A program made the position numbers and the translations under genes. A stretch of 64,000 bases of DNA from Candidatus Abyssobacteria bacterium SURF_17 (lineage in GTDB: Bacteria > Abyssobacteria > SURF-5). Under the pieces are notes generated by a model, which was given only the letters and a program-made list of their open reading frames with translations, was not told the DNA's origin and made no database searches. How positions within the stretch are numbered: the stretch's first letter is position 1; every line of letters starts with the position of its first letter. The stretch covers positions 2,569-66,568 of the forward strand of contig QZKI01000026.1 in the NCBI GenBank assembly GCA_003598055.1, read 5' to 3'. Positions 27,793 through 37,401 of the stretch are shown here, piece after piece.

Positions 27793-28962
27793 CTAGTATT
27801 TCACCTCGAACTCCACGCGCCGATTGAGCGCCATGCCCAATGCCGTATCGTTCGATGCAATGGGCTGACTCTCTCCATAACCCACCGATTCGAGCATTGC
27901 TGCAGGAACACCTTTTTCAATGAGTCTGCTCTTCACGGTGTTCGCCCGCTTCTCCGAAAGCTTCTGATTGTATTCGTCAGAGCCGCGCCAATCGCAATGG
28001 CCCTCGACAGTGACCTTGTTGATGCGGTCCATGCTCTTGACGACTTCAGCAGCCTTGTCCGTCCTGGTTAAGCCAGCGGGTGTGAGCTCCGCCTTGTCAT
28101 ATTCAAAGTTGATGCCCGCGAATATGACGTGGTCGGTAATGACCAGTTCCGGCACAGCTACTTCCTTCTCAACTATTTTCTCGACAATCTTGATATTTGG
28201 TCCGCCCTGGGGCGCAGGCGGCTGGACGAGCGTCTCAGCCTCAAGACTTGCGCCTCGCGGAAGAATGGTAAATGTTACTCTCCGATTGAGCGCCCGACCG
28301 AGCTCGGTGTCTGACTTTGCCAGCGGATTCGATGCGCCGTAATCCTTAACGACAAGGACATTTGCGTCGATGCCCATCCCTACGAGGGCATTCTTGACTA
28401 CCTGCGCGCGTTTCTGGCCAAGGTCCGCATACTTTGCCTTTTCTGCCGAATCGATGTTGCCTTCCACAAAGACAGTGTCGCAGCCGGCCTTCTTTATGAT
28501 TTCTGCCGCTGATTCGATTTGTGAACCTACCGATTCGAATTCACCTTTGCTCGCATCAAATGCCGCTTCCTTAGGCGGAAGTTCGGCGCTTCCCTCGTTG
28601 AACGTAATAGTAGGGAAGATGTACCGGTCAGCACGCACTTCCCGCTTCACCGGTATGGGCTTGTAAACGATCTTTTCAACCACCTTTATTTCGGGTGGCT
28701 TGGACGGTTCTGGTGGAGGGGTTATTTCCCCGGCATAGAAAATGACTCCCCCGTTGCCATATTCCGACAAATCAACATCAGCAGGGCCAATTTTCGATGG
28801 CATCCACCAATGCCCGCTCGCATATCTCCCCTCACCTGCGTATGCTCCAGGAGGCGGATATTCCGGCCACGGGTCACTCTTGGCCCATTTCCCCGTAGCA
28901 CAACCGAACTGCGTGAACATCAGAACTGCTGCCAGAACTGCTACTGCTCGTCTCAACGTCAT
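27793..28962 (-). CDS. Lipoprotein with two tandem OmpA_C-like peptidoglycan-binding domains
   Basis: Lipobox TQFG-C; domain 1 VEGNID...LGQKRA...NRRVTF; domain 2 VEGHCD...LSEKRA...GYGESQP...NRRVEF; AGGAGG RBS. Confidence 0.85.
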   Translation of the reverse strand: MTLRRAVAVLAAVLMFTQFGCATGKWAKSDPWPEYPPPGAYAGEGRYASGHWWMPSKIGPADVDLSEYGNGGVIFYAGEITPPPEPSKPPEIKVVEKIVYKPIPVKREVRADRYIFPTITFNEGSAELPPKEAAFDASKGEFESVGSQIESAAEIIKKAGCDTVFVEGNIDSAEKAKYADLGQKRAQVVKNALVGMGIDANVLVVKDYGASNPLAKSDTELGRALNRRVTFTILPRGASLEAETLVQPPAPQGGPNIKIVEKIVEKEVAVPELVITDHVIFAGINFEYDKAELTPAGLTRTDKAAEVVKSMDRINKVTVEGHCDWRGSDEYNQKLSEKRANTVKSRLIEKGVPAAMLESVGYGESQPIASNDTALGMALNRRVEFEVKY

Positions 28963-29205
28963 GGAACTACCTCCTCTCTCCGGTAACTCGCTGGGGTGGA
29001 TGGTTACTACTACATTTCTCACCCCGCTGACACGCACCGACCCAATTTCCGAAATGATGCGCTCGTGCGGTCGGGCGATAAGTGAAATTTGGCATAATTA
29101 TATCACCCGCAAATAGAAGAGGCAAGCCCGACCGGCCTCTCATGCCCTGCCTGGCGCTCTTCAAGTGCCGAATCGGGCCAAAGCTGGTAACGCTTGCAGC
29201 AGCCC

Positions 29206-29234
29206 TTGTTAAAGGCGAGCATATTTGGTATAAT
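29206..29234 (+). promoter_or_regulatory. Sigma70 promoter for the xseA operon
   Basis: TTGTTA-17-TATAAT with extended TG. Confidence 0.5.
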
Positions 29235-29264
29235 TTACGCGAAATCAGCAACTTGAGAGACTTT

Positions 29265-30626
29265 ATGAACCATTTCTCTGATTCGGACTATGTTTATACG
29301 GTTACCGAACTCACCCGCACGGTCAAGGCGACGCTGGAGGAGGCTTTCGGGTACGTCTGGGTGTGCGGCGAGGTCTCAAACTGCAGGCTTCATGGATCCG
29401 GCCATCTTTATTGTACGCTAAAGGATGAGCAGAGCCAGCTGAATGTGGTGTTTTTCAGGAATGATGTCGCCCGCCTCCGATTCAAGCTTGAGGACGGACT
29501 TCAGGTAAACCTTCGCGGACGCATCAGCGTATATGAAAAACGCGGCAGCTATCAGCTTATTGCGGCTACAGCGGAGCCCGTCGGCTATGGCGCACTCCAG
29601 CTCGCATTCGAGCAGCTCAAGAAGCGTCTCGCCGAAGAAGGACTCTTCAAAGAGGAGCACAAGAAGCCCATTCCACGGTTCCCGCAGCGCATCGGAATCG
29701 TTACCTCGCCCACGGGCGCTGCAATCCGGGACATCCTTCATGTCTTAGACCGGCGCTTCTCGACCGTCGAGGTCGTTTTGTATCCCTCGCTCGTGCAGGG
29801 AGAAGGGGCTGCGGAGCAGATAGCGGCTGGCATAAGGACGCTCGATGAAGAAGGAAATGTCGACGTCATTATTGTGGGCAGAGGCGGCGGGTCGCTCGAA
29901 GACCTGTGGGCCTTCAACGAGGAAATTGTCGCCCGGGCGATATATCAATGTGAGACACCGGTCGTTTCCGCCGTCGGCCACGAAATAGATTTCACGATTT
30001 CCGACTTCGTTGCGGACTTGAGGGCGCCCACTCCGAGCGCTGCCGCGGAACTCGTTGTGGCGGAACGGGAAACTGTCCTCTCGGAGATTGCCCGGCTGCG
30101 GGAAAGCCTCGCAGGCCTTGCCGCCGAGTACATCACGCAGTTCGAGCATCGTCTCGAGCTTGCGCGGTCGAGTTATGGATTCCGCCGTGCTCCCGACCTG
30201 CTGCTTCAGTGCGAGCAACAAGTGGATGACCTCCATGAACGCATGCTGGAACTGCAACAACGACGATATGAAGATTTGCGTAATAAGGCTATTACCGCTG
30301 CGAAACGACTCTTCACCGTGCGGCCCGACCGGGCGATCACAGCATGGCACGACAGGCTAAAGGTTGCTCATCGGATGCTCCAAGAACGCATCCGCAATGC
30401 GCTCGCCTTCCGGAAAGCCGCCATGGCGGAGCTGGCTGCGAAGCTTGATTCCTTGAGCCCGCTCTCGGTACTCGCGCGAGGTTATAGCATTACGTATCAT
30501 CTGCCGACGGGCAGAATACTCGTGGATAGTTCTCTGGCGAACGCGGGCGACCGGGTGCGAGTGAGGCTCAGCCAGGGTTTTCTTGCTTGCATGGTGGAGA
30601 CAGTGGAGGACAATGGCAGTGGCTGA
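29265..30626 (+). CDS. xseA: Exodeoxyribonuclease VII large subunit
   Basis: GEVSN...SGHLY, RIGIVTSPTGAAIRD, GRGGGSLEDLWAFN, SAVGHEID, APTPSAAAE, LARGYS. Confidence 0.96.
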   Translation: MNHFSDSDYVYTVTELTRTVKATLEEAFGYVWVCGEVSNCRLHGSGHLYCTLKDEQSQLNVVFFRNDVARLRFKLEDGLQVNLRGRISVYEKRGSYQLIAATAEPVGYGALQLAFEQLKKRLAEEGLFKEEHKKPIPRFPQRIGIVTSPTGAAIRDILHVLDRRFSTVEVVLYPSLVQGEGAAEQIAAGIRTLDEEGNVDVIIVGRGGGSLEDLWAFNEEIVARAIYQCETPVVSAVGHEIDFTISDFVADLRAPTPSAAAELVVAERETVLSEIARLRESLAGLAAEYITQFEHRLELARSSYGFRRAPDLLLQCEQQVDDLHERMLELQQRRYEDLRNKAITAAKRLFTVRPDRAITAWHDRLKVAHRMLQERIRNALAFRKAAMAELAAKLDSLSPLSVLARGYSITYHLPTGRILVDSSLANAGDRVRVRLSQGFLACMVETVEDNGSG

Positions 30627-30900
30627 ACCCAGCTTTGAAGAGGCGTTGAGCAGTCTCGAGAAGATCGTGGAACAACTGGAGGAAGGCAACCTCTCGCTCG
30701 AAGAGACTCTGAAGAAATTTGAGGAAGGCATCAAGCTGTCACGTCTGTGTGACAAGAAACTCAAGCAGGCGCAAAAGAGGGTCACAATGCTCACCCGCGA
30801 CGAGCAAGGAGATTTGAAGGAAGTCCCGTTCACCGAGCCGGACGAACCGGAAAAGCCGGAAAATCGGGACACAGACACCAAGTCACTATTCGATGAATAA
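30613..30900 (+). CDS. xseB: Exodeoxyribonuclease VII small subunit
   Basis: SFEEAL..LEKIV..LE.G.LSLEE....FEEG. Confidence 0.95.
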   Translation: MAVAEPSFEEALSSLEKIVEQLEEGNLSLEETLKKFEEGIKLSRLCDKKLKQAQKRVTMLTRDEQGDLKEVPFTEPDEPEKPENRDTDTKSLFDE

Positions 30901-31768
30901 GCTCAAGCAATATCTGGAAGATAGCAGGCAGATGGTCGATAAGGAGCTCGACCGGCTTCTCCCGAAGCCCGTTGGACTCGAGGAATCCGTGTGCGATGCA
31001 ATGCGATACAGCGTCTTTGCAGGCGGGAAGAGGATCAGGCCGATTCTGTTGCTCGCGGCCAACAAGTTGTGCGAAGGCGACTCGAAGCAGGCGCTGCCGG
31101 CGGCATGTGCGCTGGAAATGGTTCACACCTATTCGCTGATTCATGACGACCTTCCCGCCATAGACAACGGGCAACTCCGAAGAGGGAAGCCAACGACACA
31201 CAAAAAGTTCAATGAGGCGGTGGCAATTCTGGCGGGAGACGCCCTGCTAACGTTGGCCTTTGAGACACTTGCGCGCTGTCCCGAGGCTTTTGTCGCTCAA
31301 CTCGTATATGAGCTTGCCACCGCCGCAGGCACGACGGGAATGATAGGCGGCCAGGTTGCGGACATCGAGTGGACCGGCAGGGGAATGGAATATCCCACGC
31401 TCGAGTTCATCCACTCGCACAAGACCGGCGCCCTTATTACCGCTGCCATAAGAATGGGAGCGATTCTCGCTAAGGCAGATGAGACTGCATTGAAGAGCCT
31501 GACCGGATACGGCCGTTGTCTCGGCCTGGCATTCCAGATCGCAGATGATATTCTCGACGTGGAATCTTCTTCAGCGTTGACAGGAAAGGATTCCGGCGCC
31601 GATGCGGCGTTGGGGAAGGCAACCTATCCACGGCTTTTTGGAGTCTCGGAATCGCGGCAACGGTGCCTTGGGTTGATTGATCAGGCGAAGAAACATCTGG
31701 CCGACTTCGGGGCCCGAGCCGACCTGCTAGAAGGAATAGCCGATATGGTCGGCAACCGCACAGCATGA
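30893..31768 (+). CDS. ispA: Farnesyl/geranylgeranyl diphosphate synthase
   Basis: GGKRIRP, SLIHDDLPAID, RRGKPT, GGQ..D, KTGAL, FQIADD. Confidence 0.95.
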   Translation: MNKLKQYLEDSRQMVDKELDRLLPKPVGLEESVCDAMRYSVFAGGKRIRPILLLAANKLCEGDSKQALPAACALEMVHTYSLIHDDLPAIDNGQLRRGKPTTHKKFNEAVAILAGDALLTLAFETLARCPEAFVAQLVYELATAAGTTGMIGGQVADIEWTGRGMEYPTLEFIHSHKTGALITAAIRMGAILAKADETALKSLTGYGRCLGLAFQIADDILDVESSSALTGKDSGADAALGKATYPRLFGVSESRQRCLGLIDQAKKHLADFGARADLLEGIADMVGNRTA

Positions 31769-31793
31769 TCTTGCTGTAAAGGACAATCACATT

Positions 31794-33710
31794 ATGCAAC
31801 GGCTTCTTGACAGAATAAACAGCCCAAAGGACCTCAAGGCACTCTCAGTGGAGCAGCTTCGGCAACTTGCGCAAGAGGTCAGACAGGAAATCATTGCGAC
31901 GACGTCGCATCATGGTGGCCACCTCGCCTCCAGTCTGGGGGCAGTCGAGATCATCCTGGCTATTCATTATGTCTTCAACACCCCGCGCGACAAAATCATC
32001 TTTGATGTCGGGCACCAGACGTACGCTCACAAACTCATCACGGGAAGGCGCGAAAGCTTCAAGACGCTCAGAAACTTGGGTGGCCTATCAGGATTTCCAA
32101 ACCGCGAAGAGAGCGAGTACGACTGCTTCACCACAGGCCATGCGAGCACGAGCATCTCCGCAATTGCCGGAATCGCCTGCGCACGCGACCTTGCAGGCGA
32201 GAAATTCAAGACCGTCGCCGTCATCGGTGACGGCTCGATGACGGGAGGGCTCGCGTTCGAGGCTCTTAACCACGTCGGGCACATAAAGAAAGACCTGATT
32301 GTTGTGCTGAACGACAATGAGATGGCGATATCGCCGAGCGTCGGAGCGCTCTCACTCTACTTGAGCCGCCTGATCACCGCCTCTTCCTACAACCGGTTCA
32401 AGGGCGACGTGGAATACGTGCTGAAACGGATTCCCGCAATCGGTTCCACGCTGTTTGAAACCGCGAAACGCATACAGAAAAGCGCTGCCAGTTTGTTGAA
32501 ACCGGGTTCCCTCTTTGAGGAGTTGGGATTCAAGTATGTGGGACCCGTTGACGGCCATGACCTGGATGTGCTCATCGAAACGCTTCGCAAGATAACGGCG
32601 TTCCAGATTCCCATTCTCTTTCACGTGTTGACGAAGAAGGGAAAAGGCTACGAATACGCCGAGGCGCAGCCCAGCAGTTTCCATGGAATTCGCGCGTTTG
32701 ACATAGAGACGGGTGAGCCATTGCCGCCTCCGGCAGACTCGCCGAACGGCCCTTCATATTCCGACATCTTCGGCAAGCACATGGTACAACTGGCCGAGCA
32801 CAATCCGAAGCTCGTGGCCATCACGGCGGCGATGGCCGAGGGTACGGGACTTATCGAGTTCGCGAAGAAGTTCCCGGACCGACTGTTCGATGTGGGAATT
32901 GCCGAGCAGCACGCAGTGACCTTCGCCGCCGGGCTTGCCAGTCAGGGACTCCACCCGGTCGTCGCCGTCTACTCGACATTCCTCCAGCGAGCATATGACC
33001 AAATATGCCATGACGTATGCTTGCAGAACCTGCCGGTCGTGTTTGCAATCGACCGGGCCGGCATCGTTGGCCGAGACGGTCCGACGCACCACGGCGTGTT
33101 CGACCTCTCTTACCTGCGAGGTCTTCCCAACGTCGCTATTCTTTCGCCCACCAGCGGACCGGAGCTGCGAGCTATGCTGGAATGGGCGGTCAAACAATCT
33201 CGCCCGGTCGCCATCAGATATCCGCGGGGTTCGCCGTCAAGCGCGACATCGAACCTGCAGATGACTCCGATTACGCTCGGTCTGCCTGAAATGCTGCGGG
33301 AGGGTGATGATATCGCAGTCGTCGCACTCGGAAGCATGGTTGACGTCGCGCTCGAAGCGGCCGAAGAGCTTGCACATGAAGGCATAAGCGTGGCAGTGGT
33401 CAATGCCCGATTTGCAAAACCACTCGATGAAAGATTCTATTGCCATCTCACCGAGAGAGTGAAAGGAATCGTGAGCATAGAAGACGGGGTGGCCGCGGGC
33501 GGATTCGGCAGCGGTCTTCTGGAACTCATATTGAAGATTAAGCCCGAAAAAGGCGTCGGCTTCAAAATTCTCGGTTTCCCGGATAAATTCATTGAACACG
33601 GCCCACGGCCGGTGCTCTTACGGAAATACGGCTTGGATGTGGCGGGCGTTGCTGACGCTGCTAGAAAACTCCTCGGTGCAAGAGCCGAAACGCATTCGCA
33701 CGAAACGTAG
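31794..33710 (+). CDS. dxs: 1-deoxy-D-xylulose-5-phosphate synthase
   Basis: GGHLASSLG, DVGHQ.Y.HK, GDGSM.GG, NDNEM, IAEQHA, DGPTHHG. Confidence 0.97.
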   Translation: MQRLLDRINSPKDLKALSVEQLRQLAQEVRQEIIATTSHHGGHLASSLGAVEIILAIHYVFNTPRDKIIFDVGHQTYAHKLITGRRESFKTLRNLGGLSGFPNREESEYDCFTTGHASTSISAIAGIACARDLAGEKFKTVAVIGDGSMTGGLAFEALNHVGHIKKDLIVVLNDNEMAISPSVGALSLYLSRLITASSYNRFKGDVEYVLKRIPAIGSTLFETAKRIQKSAASLLKPGSLFEELGFKYVGPVDGHDLDVLIETLRKITAFQIPILFHVLTKKGKGYEYAEAQPSSFHGIRAFDIETGEPLPPPADSPNGPSYSDIFGKHMVQLAEHNPKLVAITAAMAEGTGLIEFAKKFPDRLFDVGIAEQHAVTFAAGLASQGLHPVVAVYSTFLQRAYDQICHDVCLQNLPVVFAIDRAGIVGRDGPTHHGVFDLSYLRGLPNVAILSPTSGPELRAMLEWAVKQSRPVAIRYPRGSPSSATSNLQMTPITLGLPEMLREGDDIAVVALGSMVDVALEAAEELAHEGISVAVVNARFAKPLDERFYCHLTERVKGIVSIEDGVAAGGFGSGLLELILKIKPEKGVGFKILGFPDKFIEHGPRPVLLRKYGLDVAGVADAARKLLGARAETHSHET

Positions 33711-33867
33711 TGCAGTGATACAATGACAGGAGGATAGGCAAGGTCAACTTCCCTGCCGCCTCCAAAAGGATAAAGAAAACATTTCCCTGTGCCGCCCTTC
33801 CGCCCCCCCCTTTCAGGGAGGCGGCGGGGTAGTGGTGTTTGTGCTGACGGGGATTAGACGAAAGAGA

Positions 33868-36800
33868 ATGCTGAGAAGACTGCGAAAGCTTGTGGCGTTT
33901 GCAAATGCCGCTGAAGCGCTTCGGTCCGACATGTCGCGCGCATGGATACACGGGCTGTCAGGCGCTTCGGGTCGGATACTTGCAGCCGAGTTGGCGGATG
34001 AGCTCGGATGCGCACTCTTGCTGGTCACGCCAACCCTTGAGACGGCCGAAACGGCTCTGGGCGACCTCGAAAGCTTCCTCGAGCCAGGCCGCCCGTTCCT
34101 GTTGCCACCGCGCGAATACCTGCCGCCGTCTGACGTTCTTCCCGCCGACCAGAGTGTCTCGGAGCGTCTCCTTGCTCTGCGAACCCTACTCCTCGATGAT
34201 GCGAACGGGTCCTCACCGGTCATCGTCGCTCCACTCAGGGCTGTCCTGCAGAAGTTGCCCAACCCGGACCTTCTGCCTTCGACACTTTTGCAGTTGAGGG
34301 TGGGCGACACATGGCCACTGGAGAAATTGAGCGCGGCGCTGGTAGAACGCGGGTACCGCAGAACCAGCATGGTTGACGCCCGGGGTGAATTCAGCATCAG
34401 AGGCGGGATTGTCGATATCTTTCCCATGTGTGCGGATGACCCTCTGCGAATCGAATTCTTCGGCGATGATATTGAATCTATTCGCGTGTTCGATGTCGTG
34501 ACCCAGCGTTCATTCGAGAGAGTCGAACACGCGGTGATGATGCCGCGAAATCGTTGGGTGGACATGCCCGGGATATCGGAATCGGGTGTGACAATTCTGG
34601 ATTACCTGCCGGAACATGCGCTGGTCGCCTGGGATGAGCCCTTGGTAATCGAGGGAGAAGCCGGCGCGGAACATGTCGCACCCATGTACGACATTGGGCG
34701 TGAGAGAATCGCCTCACTCGAGGAGCTGCTCAGTAACCCCCGCGTCCGTATGCTCTGTCTCAGCCGGTTCGACCAGAGCTCGGACAGCTTCACAGGTTTT
34801 AAGTATTTCCATATCGATTCCCACTCGTTGGAACCCCTGGCCGGTGACCTGCAAGCCTTCTTGGAGAAGCTCGACGAGTGGCTGCAGAAGGATTTTCAGG
34901 CGATTCTCATTTGTAACAATGAAGGCGAGAGCAGGCGTCTCATGGAATTGCTGCAAGATGCGGGGATGAAGCCGCATTTCAGCCCACGGTATGAATCGAG
35001 CCATCCGTTGCTCATCACGTTGGGCAGATTGAGGAATGGATTCGCCATCGAGGAAGCCGGTCTCGTTGTTGCGAGCGACCAGGAGATCTTCCGGCGTTAC
35101 TCGCACCGCCGCCCGCGGAAGAAGTTCAAGGGAGGCGCGCCGATCGCCCATTTCACCGACCTGCGCGTCGGTGACTATGTCGTCCACGTTGACCATGGCA
35201 TCGGCATATACCGTGGCCTTTCCTACTTGCCCGAACAGAAGAGCGAATTCCTCATGATAGAGTATCTCGGCGGCGACAAACTGTACGTCCCCGTCAACAT
35301 GATGAACCTCGTCCAGAAGTACATAGGCTCGGACGACGCCCCCCCAAAACTCTACAAGCTCGGCGGAACTGCCTGGTTCCGGGTACAGGAACGAGTGCGC
35401 CGCTCCATCCGCGATATGGCCGGAGAGCTCCTGGCCCTGTACGCATCCCGACAAGTGCTGCCCGGGGTCACGTTTTCGCCGGATTCGCACTGGCAGACGG
35501 AGTTTGAACAGGCCTTCATATATCGGGAAACCGAAGACCAGTTGTCCGCAATCGAGGACGTCAAGCGCGACATGGAGCGCGCTTGCCCCATGGACCGTCT
35601 CATCTGCGGCGACGTGGGCTACGGAAAGACGGAGGTTGCCCTGCGCGCGGCTTTCAAATGTGTCACGGATTCGCGCCAGGTGGCCGTTCTGGTGCCCACT
35701 ACCATTCTTGCGCAGCAGCACTACACCACATTTCGGGAACGGCTGGCGGATTACCCCGTTCGCGTGGAAATGCTCAGCCGCTTCAAGTCGCATGCGGAGC
35801 AGAGGAAAATCGTCGCCGACCTCGCCGAGGGCAAAGTGGACATTGTCATCGGCACCCATCGGTTGATCCAGAACGACATCACCTTCAAGAACCTCGGCCT
35901 TGTCGTTATTGACGAGGAGCAGCGGTTCGGAGTCGCACATAAAGAACGCCTGAAGAAGTTGCGCACGCAGGTGGATGTTCTCACCCTAACGGCAACTCCT
36001 ATACCGCGCACGCTCCATATGGCATTGATGGGCGCCCGCGACATGAGCGTAATAAATACGCCGCCGGAGGACCGGCTTTCCGTCATTACCATGGTCACCG
36101 AGCTTAACGAAAAACTCACTCGCGAAGCGATCCTGAGAGAGATGGCGCGTGAGGGACAGGTGTTCTTCGTGCATAATCGCGTCGAGACCATCAAGAGGAT
36201 GGCAGGCTACATCCAGCGGCTTGTGCCTGAGGCTCGCATCGAAATCGCACACGGTCAGATGCCCGAACACGAGCTTCAATCGGCGATGGAGCGGTTCCTC
36301 GAACGGCAAATAGATGTGCTCGTGTGCACCACCATCATCGAATCCGGATTGGATATCCCCAACGTCAACACGATGCTCATCAACCGAGCAGACAACTTCG
36401 GCCTCGCCGACCTGTATCAACTCCGCGGACGTGTCGGCCGCTATAAGCATCGGGCCTATGCCTACCTATTGATCCCCGGCCGGAAGGCGCTGACCGAAGT
36501 AGCCCAGAAACGGCTCAAGGCAATAGAGGAATTCTCCGAGCTGGGCTCCGGCTTCAAGATCGCGCTGCGCGACCTCGAAATCCGAGGCGCGGGCAATGTG
36601 CTGGGGGCGGAGCAGCACGGCGACATCGTTGCCGTCGGCTTTGAGATGTACTGCCGCCTCCTCGAAGAAGCAATTGCCGAACTCAAGGGCGAAAAAAAGG
36701 AGAAACTTCTGTTGCCGACAGCCGAATTCGATGTGGATTGCTTTATTCCGGATGATTATGTCGCATCGCCCGCGCAGAAACTGACACTGTACAAGAGGGT

Positions 36801-37197
36801 CGGTCTCGCAACAAACGAGGAAGACCTCGGCAATATCGAAGAAGAATTGAAAGACCGCTACGGTCCCGTCCCGGAGGAAACGGACAACCTTCTGAAAATC
36901 GCCCGAATCCGTGTGTTGGGCGCGTTGGCAGGACTCGAGTTCATTGGGAAAACCGGCAAAAGCATTCTGTTCCGGCCAGCCCCTGAAAGAGGATTCGACT
37001 CGTCGGAACTCGCAAACCTATCAGGCGCCTTTGGCAACAAGCTCCGACTCGAGACTGAAAATGGATTTAAGTTGCTCATGCCCCTTGCTCGAACTATGCC
37101 ACAACAACTATTGGACGACTGTCTCAGAGTTGTTCGACACCTCGTCGGCCTAAGAAAAAAAGGCAAGCGCGCTACTGCTCGTCTGGCAGCCCGTTGA
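33868..37197 (+). CDS. mfd: Transcription-repair coupling factor
   Basis: RGEFSIRGGIVDIF, GDYVVHVDHGIG, CGDVGYGKTE, DEEQRFG, QLRGRVGR, TRCF C-terminus; exact start uncertain (33832 or 33868). Confidence 0.96.
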   Translation: MLRRLRKLVAFANAAEALRSDMSRAWIHGLSGASGRILAAELADELGCALLLVTPTLETAETALGDLESFLEPGRPFLLPPREYLPPSDVLPADQSVSERLLALRTLLLDDANGSSPVIVAPLRAVLQKLPNPDLLPSTLLQLRVGDTWPLEKLSAALVERGYRRTSMVDARGEFSIRGGIVDIFPMCADDPLRIEFFGDDIESIRVFDVVTQRSFERVEHAVMMPRNRWVDMPGISESGVTILDYLPEHALVAWDEPLVIEGEAGAEHVAPMYDIGRERIASLEELLSNPRVRMLCLSRFDQSSDSFTGFKYFHIDSHSLEPLAGDLQAFLEKLDEWLQKDFQAILICNNEGESRRLMELLQDAGMKPHFSPRYESSHPLLITLGRLRNGFAIEEAGLVVASDQEIFRRYSHRRPRKKFKGGAPIAHFTDLRVGDYVVHVDHGIGIYRGLSYLPEQKSEFLMIEYLGGDKLYVPVNMMNLVQKYIGSDDAPPKLYKLGGTAWFRVQERVRRSIRDMAGELLALYASRQVLPGVTFSPDSHWQTEFEQAFIYRETEDQLSAIEDVKRDMERACPMDRLICGDVGYGKTEVALRAAFKCVTDSRQVAVLVPTTILAQQHYTTFRERLADYPVRVEMLSRFKSHAEQRKIVADLAEGKVDIVIGTHRLIQNDITFKNLGLVVIDEEQRFGVAHKERLKKLRTQVDVLTLTATPIPRTLHMALMGARDMSVINTPPEDRLSVITMVTELNEKLTREAILREMAREGQVFFVHNRVETIKRMAGYIQRLVPEARIEIAHGQMPEHELQSAMERFLERQIDVLVCTTIIESGLDIPNVNTMLINRADNFGLADLYQLRGRVGRYKHRAYAYLLIPGRKALTEVAQKRLKAIEEFSELGSGFKIALRDLEIRGAGNVLGAEQHGDIVAVGFEMYCRLLEEAIAELKGEKKEKLLLPTAEFDVDCFIPDDYVASPAQKLTLYKRVGLATNEEDLGNIEEELKDRYGPVPEETDNLLKIARIRVLGALAGLEFIGKTGKSILFRPAPERGFDSSELANLSGAFGNKLRLETENGFKLLMPLARTMPQQLLDDCLRVVRHLVGLRKKGKRATARLAAR

Positions 37198-37210
37198 ACG
37201 CACTTGTGTC

Positions 37211-37239
37211 GTAGGGGCGACCCGCCGGGCCGCCCGTAT
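37211..37239. repeat. GTAG REP-like palindrome
   Basis: GTAGGGGCGACCCGCCGGGCCGCCCGTAT just after the mfd stop. Confidence 0.65.
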
Positions 37240-37293
37240 AAGACGCTTCCGCCTGAAACACGTTCTCTATGGCCCTTATATCTCATCCGGGGT

Positions 37294-37322
37294 TTGAAAG
37301 ACGATGGAGGGCATGCTATAAT
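37294..37322 (+). promoter_or_regulatory. Sigma70 promoter for the ArsA-like operon
   Basis: TTGAAA-17-TATAAT with extended TG. Confidence 0.6.
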
Positions 37323-37401
37323 GAGCCGCTTTCTGGAACAGGATGCATCCAGCAAGAACTGATCCACGCTTCTTGACGCAGCAAATAATCAAGGACATAT
37401 T

